A stretch of 63,982 nt of DNA, counting the filler, from Folioceros fuciformis (lineage: Eukaryota), in NCBI GenBank assembly GCA_049999805.1. It is 5 parts of 5 records of this genome, joined end to end, with 100 filler letters (N's around TTAATTAATTAA, not from the genome) between each part and the next. Parts side by side here need not be neighbours in the genome. Positions count along the whole stretch, not along the records: positions 23,654 to 45,414 come from JBNGIO010004038.1; positions 45,515 to 52,839 come from JBNGIO010004039.1; 3 more parts are not named here. The stretch is one strand, 5' to 3'. The notes under the pieces were generated by a model. The model was not told where the DNA came from and searched no databases. It saw nothing but the letters and a program-made list of their open reading frames with translations. Within the stretch, counting starts at the first letter, position 1. Each line of letters opens with the position of its first letter. Shown here one piece after another: positions 34,368 through 46,910 of this stretch. The translations under genes were made by a program, and so were the position numbers.

Positions 34368-37300
34368 TTGTGACCGTTTTTTGTGAGGCTGTCAGTGACG
34401 GAGGTGGAGGGCATTGGTATGGATGGGGCTGGATGGCAGGAAGGGGGGAGGGGGCTGAGCACATGAGCCCTTGCTTGGGGGTTCTTGTGCATGGAATGCA
34501 TGCTGGATCTAGAATTTGAAGCCGCTCTTGCTGCTCTTCTATATCAACTTTGAATGGCCGTCATGGATGCGCTCTGCAGGTGCGACAAGTGCAAGCGCTT
34601 GGACGAGGAAGCTTTAATAGCTATCATAGTGGAAGAGTCTCTCAAGCGGTATGTGCCATTGCTTCCGCACTGCTAAACCCTACTCACACTGTGCTCTTGT
34701 GCTGGGCAGATGCCTTCGAGCGACTCTACTGGCGCACCAGATTGTTGGACCACAGTCTCTTCATCGCCATGCTCTACCTCATGCTCAACTCCACCAGTCG
34801 TATCTTCCTCAGGTGCATCAGCCGGATCCAAGTCAGCTGCACCAGCCACATCCGCCTCAGCTGCAGAGGCCACTTATACGTCAACTGTTGATTCATCTCC
34901 TTCCAAAGCTTGCTCCAACAGTTCAGTGATGTTCATTGGTTTCATCAAGTCATCACTTGCATCCAAGCCCTTGAGAACCTTCGGTGCAGCGATCACACGA
35001 GCAGCCTTTCTTGGCTCTCTGGCATGTACACTCACAAGCGGATCCCACATTGTGGGGACATGGACGAGGAGTTTATCACACCCTAGAGTGCCATCTGGCT
35101 CACAACGCTCCACATAAATGCTGCCTTTACATGTCTTCCTGCGTTTGACTCAACGCAAAAGAGCTGACCTAAGGAAAAAACAGGTCCCTTCCCTTAGAGA
35201 CCAGAAGTGCCGCAGCAGACAACAGACCAGATTGGCACGCACTGCATACCATACGAGGACTATGGGCACAATACTGAGGTAAGCTACTACCTGGAATTTT
35301 AGGAAACAGCAGCCTTTGCAAATTCCGGAGTCAGACCTCGGCCCGTGGACAAATTTGCAGCAGCGTTGGGTTTCCTTACCTCCATCCCATTTTCAGCACC
35401 ACTGGTCAGCACAATGTCCCTCCCCCTTGTCCAGCCTTGTAGCATCTGCAGCTCACCTCCCAACATAGTCACATCACACGGCACCACGACACGGCGACGG
35501 AGCAACAACCAGCAGACAAGAGATTACGAAATAGTCACCTTACCAAAGAATTCTCTCCTACCTCGGGATCAAATATTGCCCGCTCGTACTTAATCGCAAA
35601 GACGATGCCACGTAGGAAAAAGCTAGATTCAGAAACGGTCCAGGAGTCTCTGTTTGAAGTCCACATAGGTGATATCAACCGAGTTCAAGGCTCACAAACA
35701 ATCCCACCATGACTACCTCCACTACTTTCTGACCTAGGAGCATTAAGGGAGAGGAGAACACACCTCCAAATCTTCACATGCCCGCACAAATGACCTCGGG
35801 TTTGGTAGTGGCCCCAGCCAGCAAGTCATAACACTTCAGCGCAGGAGACAATTTGCTGATGACACTAGCAGCAGTGGAATCGTCCAGCAAACCTGTCACT
35901 CTACTATACTGCGGGAATTGAGTGCCTGGTGGCACACCCAGCAACTTATGGTGAAACTCACTTGCACTGCCTCGGGTTTAGCCAGAAAAAGGTGAAGGGT
36001 TGCATTTGCAAGCTCACAAACGACACAGAGGAGACTCTAAGTGTGTGAGCTCGCACTCAGAGACTTGGAAGAAGCTGAAATTACGACACGCTCACATAGC
36101 CTGCAGGGTGATCTCCTGCAGCACCAACGACAGAGCCTCTATCCTGCCTACGACCTTGCACGCCACATGCATGCCTACCTGCCTACACCTCCACCTCTAG
36201 ACCCTGCACGCCATATGCATCCTACCAGCCTACACCTCCACCTCCAGACCCTGCACGCCATGCCTACTGCTCGTGATCCCTACCACGAGAGGTAGCCTCC
36301 ACATCTGCTGCACAGTCACGGAGGATCGCCCTCAGCTGCTGCAAATTGTTTTCTAGCAAGACCACCACCCCTATGCCGTTGTGCAAAGCATGCACCGCGG
36401 CCGCTAAGGTGTCCCTGCTATGGCCTTTGTTGCTGCCTCCCGCTGTTGCACGTCGCCCTCCTCTTCCACGGGTGCCACCCTACCGTGGATGCACAAGCGT
36501 CTCCTCCTCCTCCTCTCCGGAGGAGCAAACCTTTGAGTACGAGAGCTCTCGCCCCCGCTTGCACACCATCCTCGTTGGCGGGATGCTGGACCCTGAACTT
36601 CGATTTGCTTCTCCAGCCCGCTGCCCGTCCTGCCCTGCACCATTGCCTGGGGACTCCCGGTGTCCTCCTCCGCCAGCTGCAGTATGCCTCGCAATACTAG
36701 CCTCCACCGCATCCAGCTCTATCTGCAAAACACATCACTCTTCCCCTGCACAGCTAGGTCTGCCAAGCTTCCTGATTAGATGCTGCTTGCAAATCACGTC
36801 AAGGTACCTCCACCGCTGAAATTTGGCATTTTCAGCATATGCGGCCTTCCACAGTCGATCCCCGACTGCCCAGTTCCAAGTGCCAGGGCTATCTTGGCCA
36901 TCACTTCTTGGCTTGGGTCTCTGTCCACCGTAGGGTCAGCTCCCGCTTCAGCCAGGTCGGCTGCACCAATCTTTGCACCTTGCCCACCCACTATTAGGGA
37001 ACCCTCCTCCTTCCCCCCAGCACCTGCCTCGGGCGTAGTCAGGTCCACCGCCAGCAGCGCAGGTGCGCCGCCATTGCCCTCATAGAGGATAATTACTAGG
37101 CTGTCGGCGTGGTCAGCACCGCCGACAGCCATTGCAGCACCTGCATCAAGGCTGACAGCCTTACCCTTGCCCCCCGCCCCTCCTGCTGGACTATTTGCCA
37201 ACATCTACCTCAGGCCGCAGCTATCCCATTCGCACCGCCGCCGCCACCGCCTGCCCTGCTTAATTCGCCTGTGCCAAACAGGCCCGCCGCCGCCGCCGCC

Positions 37301-38959
37301 GCTACCGACTACTCTGCGAGCTTGCCCTGCATCAACCACGGCCGCCGCCGCCGACTGCCCTGCGAGCTAGCCCTGCACTAACCAGGCCCGTCGCCATCAA
37401 CCCCAGCCTTGCTGCTCACTTTGCCTCCACCAAACAGGCCCACCGCCGCCGACGGCCTCTGCCCTGCGAGCTTGCCCTGCACCAAACAACCCACCACTGC
37501 ACTACTGGATGTTGCGGTCCCAGTCCAGGGTTGAGGGTCGATCAATCTCCCTCACGACTTGGCCGTTCCCTCTCCACTGGGTGGTCTGCAAGCACGATGT
37601 GCCCACGACCTGGCTGATCACTCTTCCCTGGTGGTCTGCTAGTAAGATGTGCCTACGAGAAAGGGTTGGCTTTGCACCCTTTGCAGTTCTTGCTACCCGC
37701 TTCCCATTGCATACACCTCTCACTCCGGACAAGTGGAATCTCGACACCCGACTTCGGGTTCCCCTACATCCACATCCATACAAATGGTTATCCAACCTAC
37801 ATGGGAGCATTGCATGTTCGGCCCACCATCTTCCCGTCTCCTGGAAATGTGCACCACTCAGCTGGTGCTTTGGCAACCTTATATGGGGCATTGCATTGCA
37901 ACTCCGCGGTGGCTAGCATTGATTTTTGAAGGGTCACCCTTCTGCATGGCCGACCTCCATTCTGCACACCTCACACGGCCACAACAGCACACCCAACCAT
38001 AACCCTTCTCATGTTCCACTTGCAAGATGTATTGATGGTAGCGCCACAGATCATCCTACAACCCTTCAGAGCCTCCACCTTCTTGAGGTTCGTTCAGCCT
38101 CCAAGCTGCCAGTCTGGTGCCCTTCAGGAGATAACCTTGTGAGCATGGTGTCTTGGGAGTGACCTCCGTCAGCCGTAGTCGCCATAATTAACGTTAAGCT
38201 TCTCCCCCGTGAGTAGCCCGTCCCGCAACTCGAGGATGGAAAGTTGAACGCTAATTACGGCGACAATGGATGACGGCCGGAGGAGTGCATTCCTCCTGGC
38301 TCCAATCCAGTTGTAGGGTAGCAAGGCATGGCTCACGAAGGCACTTGGATTGCCCAGGTTACCTGCTCCAAAATCCGCCGACACAGCGGCTACCTGCCTG
38401 CATCCTGGCTGGCCCCCATGATGTCGCCAGGCCGCCCCCCGACCACATTGCGGCCAAGCCTGGGCCTGATCTTGGCCTGTCCAGCTGCCTGCACTCAGGG
38501 TCCTCAGCCCCTGGCGCACCTTTGGCTAAGGCCAGGGCAAGGGTTGGCACCCCCATGCCTATTCCCTACCCCCACCAGCACACTCCCGAGGCCCCAACTT
38601 GCCCTCACACTCCCGACTTTTTCAGGGTTGGATCTTCACAGAAAATTTTGCCAACTGGATCTAGGCAGAATATTCCCCATCTTAGGGTTTGCGCCACTTT
38701 CCAATTACTAAGTGCATGCCGTTTTATATAGGCTTTTAGGGTTAGCACGCAAGGGTGACCATCTCCGGCCCTCTGGTTGAGGGTTCGGTCTACGATTGAA
38801 GGTTTGGCATGCCATAGGCGTAAGGCAATATGTAGAGTTTAACACGATCCGGAATGGCGATGTCTCCGGTGGAGTAATTGCTTGCTACTCCAAGCCTATC
38901 ACCTGAACGCACTAGCACAATCTAGAATTGGCGACCACGACCGCGTGCTACGGTTGATG

Positions 38960-39890
38960 ATGGCTTGCCTCTGCCGGCTCTTCCATATTTCTCTGCTGCT
39001 GCCACTTCCTCAGGAAGCTTCCTATACGCCGAGGTCCTACCAACGATAGCTTCAACCAATGGCCTGCAAATGCACCAATCCAATTGCTCAATACACAGGC
39101 AGCAAAATAATGGTCTGAAGAACTGGTCTGCAAAAGCAAGGGAGAAGGCTTACTAGTCTGTGGTGTGGAAGGCAACCCACTCTAGCCCTCATGTCGTGTG
39201 GGTAGAAGTGAGGAACTGAGTAGGCCTCACCTTCGTTCACCTCCTGGCTCACTAAACTTTCATCGTGGTAGCCCACAATTTCCAACTCACCCTTGCCTCC
39301 AAGGACAGGGAGAATAGCATGCCCGTTCACGTTCCACTGGGAAGCCAGGATGGCATTCTACATATACCAAGCGCACCATATAATGCTCGCCCATTAGAGG
39401 ACATCGGACTGGTACAACTGCAGTGAACGCCATAAGAGAAAGGCTCAGAATTGATGACTTTCGTGGAAGGCTCATACACTCTCCAGACGGCCGAAGGTGG
39501 CACCCAAGTTGAAGTTCCTCAAGATGGGGAGTGGCTTGAATCTATTGGCGCTGATGAAGATGCCACCATCACAGACACGAACCGCAGGGGAGCCTCACGA
39601 ATGTTGTTCACGAAATCACCATTCATGTGCTTGCGGAACTGGGCTTCAAAAGCGTTGTCTCGCTGTCGGCCCTCGACTGCGTTGAAGGACTCTAGGATTA
39701 TGATCTCGTGCTTTGCAAGCACGATACCAGCGCCCTGTTGTCGGTTGCGAACGTCTTTCACCCGCCTCTCATCCACATCCCAGTCTTTGGGTTTGAAATC
39801 CCTGCGGAATCTATGCAGCATGCCTGTATAATGCTGCCCCTTCTCCTCTTCGCCTCCCTTCTGCCCTCCACCAATGAAGATGAATCCTTG
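38960..39890 (-). pseudogene. Bicupin storage-globulin-like (legumin/vicilin superfamily) pseudogene fragment
   Basis: MLHRF..WDVDERRVKDV..QQGAGIV; NAILASQWNVNGHAILPVLGGKGELEIVG..VNEGEAYSVPHFYPH; PLVEAIVGRTSAYRKLPEEVAAA. Multiple frameshifts. Confidence 0.72.
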
Positions 39891-41009
39891 CGCCACACAT
39901 AATCTACAATTCAAATTTGGGGTTACACACCTGCCAAATGCGAGTGCACAGATCTACAGGAATCTGTGCTTCCTACTGCACTCGCGTCTAGCAGTTGCTG
40001 TCTTTCCCCAACACCGACGATCACACTTCCAAACCTTTTCCATGCGTTAATAGAGAGCACATCTACGAGCAACCATCAGCCACGCAAATGGGTGCTCAAT
40101 GTTTAGGGTTCTGCTGCCACCCTATATATTGTTAAGCCGCTGCATGCACACCCTCTAACCCAAAAAGGGTTTGCTTCATGGGGGTGTCTGCCTACCACTC
40201 AATCCACATCTACCCTAAGCTACTACTCTCCATACATCCCCTACAGCCACAACTCTATCTGCATCCCCTATGTATACCTGCAACCTCTATGCATCCCCTC
40301 ATTCCGCAGATGCCTCGTCCATACCTGCAGGTGGTGTATCCAGGCTTGCATTCAGGGTATCGACACCCACCTTCAAGTTCTCCACCGCTATGACCAACGC
40401 TTGCGTGGCTTTGTGCACACCAGCCACCATAGCCTTCAACGTGCAGAACATATCCTTCTCACTCCCACCTCCTATTCCTCGCTGCAGGACACCTGCGTTG
40501 TCGCTCCCACTTTTTGTGCTAATATGCCTCCTCGGTGTTCCAGCCACACCTCGTTCACCAGGCAGTCGGGGTCGGGGTCGGGGTCGTCTCCTCTCCTCCT
40601 CCTTTGAGCCCGATTTTGGGTCTATGTACGTGTGGGGTGGCATATTGCACCCGGGGGTGCTGCGAGGTCCACACAAACCCTCTTTGTCGTTATAGCACTG
40701 GGATTCAATCCCAAGGGAATGATTTGTGTCCAACTACACAGGTTTCCTCTCAAAATCAGTTACTACCTTAAGGGTACCTAACTCCTCAGGACCCCCACTT
40801 AACACGCCCCAACTACCCAAGTCACACCCGGGTGCTCCTACTCTTCCTGACTCCTTGACGACCCCGGCTACGGCCACTTCTTCAATCGCCTCGACCACTC
40901 CGTCGCCCTTACGACTACTTCTGCTTAGGATTACCTCCGTTTTCCTCCGGACAACTCCTGTTTCCCTTCGCGTAGCGGTCGCCCATTCGGCTTACTTCAA
41001 TGGGTCCCA

Positions 41010-41012
<3 letters not shown>

Positions 41013-41045
<33 letters not shown>
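41013..41045. repeat. (TC)n microsatellite
   Basis: Pure tc dinucleotide run of ~16 units. Confidence 0.95.
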
Positions 41046-41046
<1 letters not shown>

Positions 41047-43164
41047 ACCTGGATTCATCCTCTAATACTTACTTACCAATTCTTTGCCTTCTAAAACCAC
41101 CAGCATCTTACCCCTCGTCGCGCTCACCTGCGAACTCACAGACCTCCGTCCTTACTCGCTAGTTCTCCCGTGCCTCGACCGAAACGCACCAGCGTCCGTC
41201 ATGCCCACATCGGCACTCAAAAAGTCGCGAATGGATCTTGTGCCGTATAGACCCCAGTCTACCCATGCAACCCCAGCCTGATCCCAGACCGTTTTACGCT
41301 CAATCGCCTCTCAGCTACACATGCACCAGGGTTCTGTCGGCGTTCAATCACTCCGACTTAGCGACTCCACTTCCATGAATCCTCTTTTCCTCTCACTCTA
41401 GGCACTCGTCCACGGTTCGCAGCACCCCATCCGCGGTGCCTCCAAAGGTTCCCTTTTTGAATATGGTCTCCAGTCCACTCCTCCCTCACATGGGTCTCAA
41501 CGGCTTTCACCATGCAGCCATCTCGTATTTCTGCCACCACTCTTCACCTCTCACATACACACCCCCAGTCGCGCGGTCCTGTCCTGACGACCGTTCAACG
41601 TCACGCACTCGCACTCGCTGCCTCTCTTTATCTTGCTTCTTCACTTGTTCACATTTTCTCGACTTCACACTTAGTCCTGCCCCTCCAGGCCTTCTCCTAT
41701 GGAATTAAGGAATGCTGAAATACCGAGGCTAAGGGAAGGGATACCCACTTCCACTCTGAACTCGCGGATTCGGCCCCGACGTCTTCACCACTCCACGTGA
41801 TCGCCCCGAGGATAGCTGGGGAGCTCGTCTCCCACTCGGCGAGGTTCCACCTCTCGATTTGTCTATTGGCTCGATCACGGAGCGTCCACCACCTGCACCC
41901 ACACCCCCAGATTGCTACGTGCGCGCGCGTGCCTGGACCTCCTGTCCAGCACCGGCCATCGCTAGACTAAGGTTGGGTGGTTGGGCTGATTTTTGCTAAT
42001 TTTCCAGGGCCTCAAACTGGCCTCTAATACACAGTGGTGGCGGTCTTTCCGCTATAAAGTCCGTCAGGGGTCAGTCGGCGCTCTTAAATTCCAAGCGGCT
42101 CAAGTCCAAGTAAAAGCATTTCAAAAAGAACACTATCCTAGCCTGCAATTACTATCGCCTCTCTCCACGCCGCTGGCGCCTTCCCCTCGGTCTGCACACG
42201 CCTCCTCTCACTGGTCCCCCTCTTGCTCTCCTACCCCTCCGCTGATCGAGCAGATCTTCCCACAGGATCTCTACGTCACTACTGCTGCTGGACCTTTCCA
42301 GCGGCGGCATAGGTGGGCCCTGCCACTGAGAACCACTGTTCCCCCTCCTCCTCTGGTTACTGAGGATGGCAACAGGCTCCCGCTCTACCCATCATTGGGC
42401 CTCTTCTTCCTTCAGCTCCTCCAGGACTGCCTTCGCGTAGCAATGGGGCAGGCCTGTCATCCACCAGTTGTAGCGGTAGAGTCCCTTGCGGGTCCTCAGA
42501 TGCAGGCCATAGCCCCGCTTCCCTCCTGTGCCCATACATACATACAGAACTAGTTAAAGAACTCTAACCCCTTCCACATAAAGACCTGGCACATAGGAAG
42601 CCTCCTCCTCATACTGTAGCACAACTCGACCTTCTGTCATGAAGGAGGTGCTTACCCCTTCCTCCCTTGGGCTATTGTGGGTTGTCTGCTCCCCATCTTT
42701 CTGGGGTACCTAAAGGTCCTTCACCCGTCTCGCTGTTGCTTCCTTCGGCTCTGTCCTTCTAGTGCGGATCAATCTTCTAGAGCGCCTAAGCTCAGGCGCC
42801 TTCGCTGTTTCGTCCTTGGTTCCCAGGGCTGGTCCCTCGGCTACTCTGGGCTTAGCCTGGCTACCTGTAGCGTTAGCGACTACTCAGCTACCGGTAGTCC
42901 GCTCGACTACCGGTTCCCCTGCTCGACTATCGGTAGCCCCTTCAACTACCGAGGTCGCCGTTTGACTTGGGCGCCCAACCTTACCCTTCCCCTTAACTCT
43001 CTCTCTGGCTTCGTCTCGCTCCCGCTTGTACCTGTCAGCCAGCTTCTGGGCCTGTTCCACAGCTGCTATCTCCAACTCCTACGCCTTGGCCATCTCTTGT
43101 TGTATCTCCAGGTTAGTCTCATGGGCCTCCCTCACCTGAGCTAGTAGGATCCCCTGTTGCTCCC

Positions 43165-44700
43165 TTAGCGCTTGGACCTTGGCCTTCGCCTGGCGTGCCT
43201 CTTCCTCAACCTGTGCCCTCTCCTTATCCAGGACTCACTATCTCTCCTCCAGTAGTTGTTGCGTCGACTCCAATCTGCCAGTAGCCTCTGGGCTTCAGCC
43301 TCCTGCTGGCATGCCTCTACTTCCTTTCCTCGGGCCTCGGCTTCCCGTTCTGCCTGCACACTCAGCCAAGTCAGAGCCCTAGCAGCCTGGTCCAGGAGAT
43401 CTGCTTGGGCCTGTACCATCGCGGCAGTCAGCCCTGGCAGATCCACCTCCTGCGTTTCTCCAACAATCATTCCTCTTGCCGTAATCTGCTTGCCCAGAAA
43501 CTCCCTCAACTTCTCCAGGTCTCCCACCTGCAGCCTGTCCTTTTGAGGAATGCTCCTGAAGATTTCCTTCCATCCTGAAAAAGCTCCTTGCGCCGAAACG
43601 TGCCCTAATTCGCTCTCATGCCTGGGAGGAATTAACTCGGGAGACGTTTGCTCCTGAGACTCCTCCAGCCCTGCTTCATCTTGCCCCTGCTCCTCTAGTC
43701 CTTGATTCGTGACTCCCTGGTCAGCGAGCTCTTGTTCTACCTCTTGTTCCTGTATAGCCCGCTCCTCTGTCTGACCTTCAGTACGCTCCAGGACTGTCTC
43801 CGGTGTCTCTGACCTACTCCCTCCTCTCGTGCTCTGCCCGCTGACCCATCTCCTCTTGGCAAGGGTCTTCCTCTGAGCTGTTGTCCTCTTCTTAGGCCTG
43901 ACGGGAACCTCCCCCTCCGAGCTGTCCCCACTCCCCGACACCCAACTACTGGAGTCAGCCTTCACTGGCTCAGCAGGCTTCCATTTTACATCCTTGATTG
44001 GCCTCCACATGTGCAGTGAAGCCAACACCTCCAGTTCCGACACCAGGTTAGCATAACCATAAATATGCACTAGAAACGGGGAAATCATCGAGGGCTGAGG
44101 AGAGGGCATGGTCAGATTCTGCCTCTCCTCGTCCATCCTAGCATACAGAATTTTTCCCCAATCAATCTTGGTCCCCTTCACTACCTCATGCACAAACAGG
44201 AGCATCTGGTCAGAAGAATAATCCTGTTTGAGAACCTGGAGAAAACTAAGAAACCACTTGGCCAGACCCATCAGCTGCGGGCTCGCCATGTCGCGAACCA
44301 ACCATCCGTTAGCCTCCTTCTTTGTGCCTGGTTTGAGCATTCCTTCAGCATCTCCTGCACCTCCCCGTTTTCTCAGGGACTCCAGCACCAATCCTCCCTC
44401 TTCTCGCTGGTCACGGCCATACACCCTCCTCACTAGCTCCAGGTTCCACCCCTGCGGTCTGCCTTTGATCCCCTTCTCACGGACAGGTTCTTTCATTCTC
44501 AGGGTGCACTCCCTGACCACCTATGGCGCTGCATGGTTCCACTTCTGGGTCATGAAACCCAGACCCAATTCATCCACCAGCCCTCCAGCTCTGACCCTCC
44601 AGTGCTCCATGTTGGGCCACAGGAGTAGGTCGATCCGGGGAACAGGAGGTCCCCCCTTCTACTCGGGTACTGTCACTCCAGGCAGCAGTTCAGGGCGCGA
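43165..44700 (-). mobile_element. Probable LTR-retroelement accessory ORF (degenerate)
   Basis: 451-aa ORF whose frame continues upstream past a stop at 44521-44523. Motifs IKGRPQGWNLELVRRVYG, NGWLVRD, IDWGKIL and ISPFLVHIY precede an acidic linker and coiled coil. It resembles extra ORFs of bryophyte gypsy elements (from memory); no pol is seen in this contig. Confidence 0.5.
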
Positions 44701-45854
44701 CCTCATCCTGCCAACCTCCTCCTCGTGCTCCAGCTTCTACGGTCCCTCCTCTCTCGCGTTGAGCACTCACTGCTTGCCTCGGCCCGTCCTGTTGCCTCAG
44801 CGTCTACTTCCCTTCCAGCCGCCTTCACGCTCCCGGGTTACTGCCCTTCACGTTTCGAATACTAACTTAATTCCCCCCCAGACTTCCCTTTAGGGTTTTT
44901 ATACTGGCCGTTTTCTTCTCTCACTACTGCCAGTTGGACTACCACCAGTTGCCCTTTTCATGGCAGTTGCCCCGCTGGCCACCGTCGCCCAGTCACCTCA
45001 ACCCATCCTTTTTCCTAAATCCACAACTAGCTAGCCCCCTTCCCTACTCATTTCTATTCCTTATTTTCCAGGGGGGGGCATATATAACCACCTATGTGTC
45101 CCCGAACCACCAAGGCCCAAGGACACCCTTACTCACCCACTTCTAGATCGTGGTCTTCGGTATCCGAAACACCCAAAGACCAAGGCCACTTTTGGGTATG
45201 AATACCCCTATCTTATTCACATACTAAGCCGATTCGCTCGTTCCTTCACACAAAAAATTGCAGCCTGCTCATTTTGTCACACAAAATGGGAGTGTTGAAA
45301 GTTTTTTTCCTCTATAGTACGTGACTCCCCTCCTCCGCCGCCGCAGTCTTGGGTTCAATGGCCTTTTCGGCTCCGTATTCTACCCCTCTTCCCCTTCTGA
45401 CTGTGCTCCTTGCGNNNNNNNNNNNNNNNNNNNNNNNNNNNNNNNNNNNNNNNNNNNNTTAATTAATTAANNNNNNNNNNNNNNNNNNNNNNNNNNNNNN
45501 NNNNNNNNNNNNNNATTAATTTTTATTATAATTACTTACTTGGCATATACATTTTAACTTGGTTGTAAAATGCAAAAGTCTTATTTTCTTAAAAAATGTC
45601 ATGATGTGCTAATATTCATAAATAAATAAATAAATCATTTAATAATATGCCAAAATTTGTGAAAATTGTGGCATTGCTATAAATTTTGTTAAAGACCATT
45701 TTCCCATTCATATCATTTATAAAATTAAATATTAATAAAAAATGATGTGGCATATTTATTGCAAATGTGGTTCTAAAAGTATTTACTTTTATTATTTGTA
45801 GTGTTTGGTATTTGTGAGCTTGCTTATGGGAGTGATTGCTACCTATAATGTTGT

Positions 45855-46908
45855 GAGCATATGAGCCTATGAGCTTATGAGTTTGCACGCCTATGAGGTT
45901 ATGATCCCACCTACCTACGAAAGTATGTGCTTACCTGCGAGCCAACTTGCTAACTTGCGAGCATGTATTACCTATGAGCTTGCAAGCCAACCTACCTGCT
46001 AGCGAACCAACTCCCTATGAGCTTATGCTGCATGGGAGCCTACTTATGAGCATATATGCCAATATGCTAGTGAGCTAGCAAACCAGCCTACCTATAAGCT
46101 TCTGCTACCTACGAGCCTGCTTACAAGCATATGAGCCATCCTCCTAGTGAGCTAGCGATCCAGCCTACCTATGCACTTGGGCTACCTATGACCTTGCCTA
46201 CAAGCACGCGAGGCAACCTGCCAACGAGCCAACCTACCCGCAAGCCTGTGCTGCTTGTAAGCTTATCTACAAGCTTGCCTATGAGCTTGCCTATACTTGC
46301 CTATGAGCTTGCCTATAAGCATACGAGCCAACCTGTCCGCAAGCCTGTGCTGCCTGTAAGCTTACCTACAAGCTTGCCTATGAGCTTGCTTGCAAGCATA
46401 CAAGCCAACTTGCCAGCGAGCCAACCTACCCGTAAGCATGTGATGCCTGTAAGCTTGCCTATGAGCCTCCAAGCTTGCTTAGGAGCGTGCCTGTGAGCTT
46501 GCTTGTGAGCGTGCCTATGAGCCTAGGGGTGAGGCTACCTATGACCCAACGAGTGAGGTTGCCTTTCAGCTTGGGAGAGAGACTGCCTATGAGCCTGTGA
46601 GTGAGCCTACTTGTGGCTTGTGAGTGAGACTGCCTATGAGCCTATGAGTGAGCCTCCTTGTGGCTTGTGAGTGAGACTGCTTATGAGCCTGCAAGTGAGA
46701 CGATAAGTGAGCCTCCTTGTGGCTTGTGAGTGAGACTGCTTATGAGCCTGCAAGTGAGACGATAAGTGAGCCTCCTTATGAGCCTACGAGTGAGCCTACC
46801 TATGAGCCTACGAGTGAGCCTACNNNNNNNNNNCCTATGAGCCTACGAGTGAGCCTACCTATGAGCCTACGAGTGAGCCTCCTTATCAGCCTGCAAGTGA
46901 GCCTACGA
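45855..46908. repeat. Degenerate short-unit tandem repeat array (cctatgagc / gagtgagcctac cores)
   Basis: Dozens of variant units, becoming a near-perfect 24-bp period gagtgagcctacctatgagcctac at ~46770-46880. Confidence 0.85.
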
Positions 46909-46910
46909 GG

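Noticed and set aside
34400-38600. Many overlapping 60-160 aa ORFs in GC-rich sequence
   Set aside because: No recognisable domains, and short GC-rich repeats explain the open frames. Probably TE-internal DNA, but unclassifiable by eye.
44228-44893. 221-aa plus-strand ORF
   Set aside because: Ser/Pro-rich antisense shadow of the minus-strand ORF.
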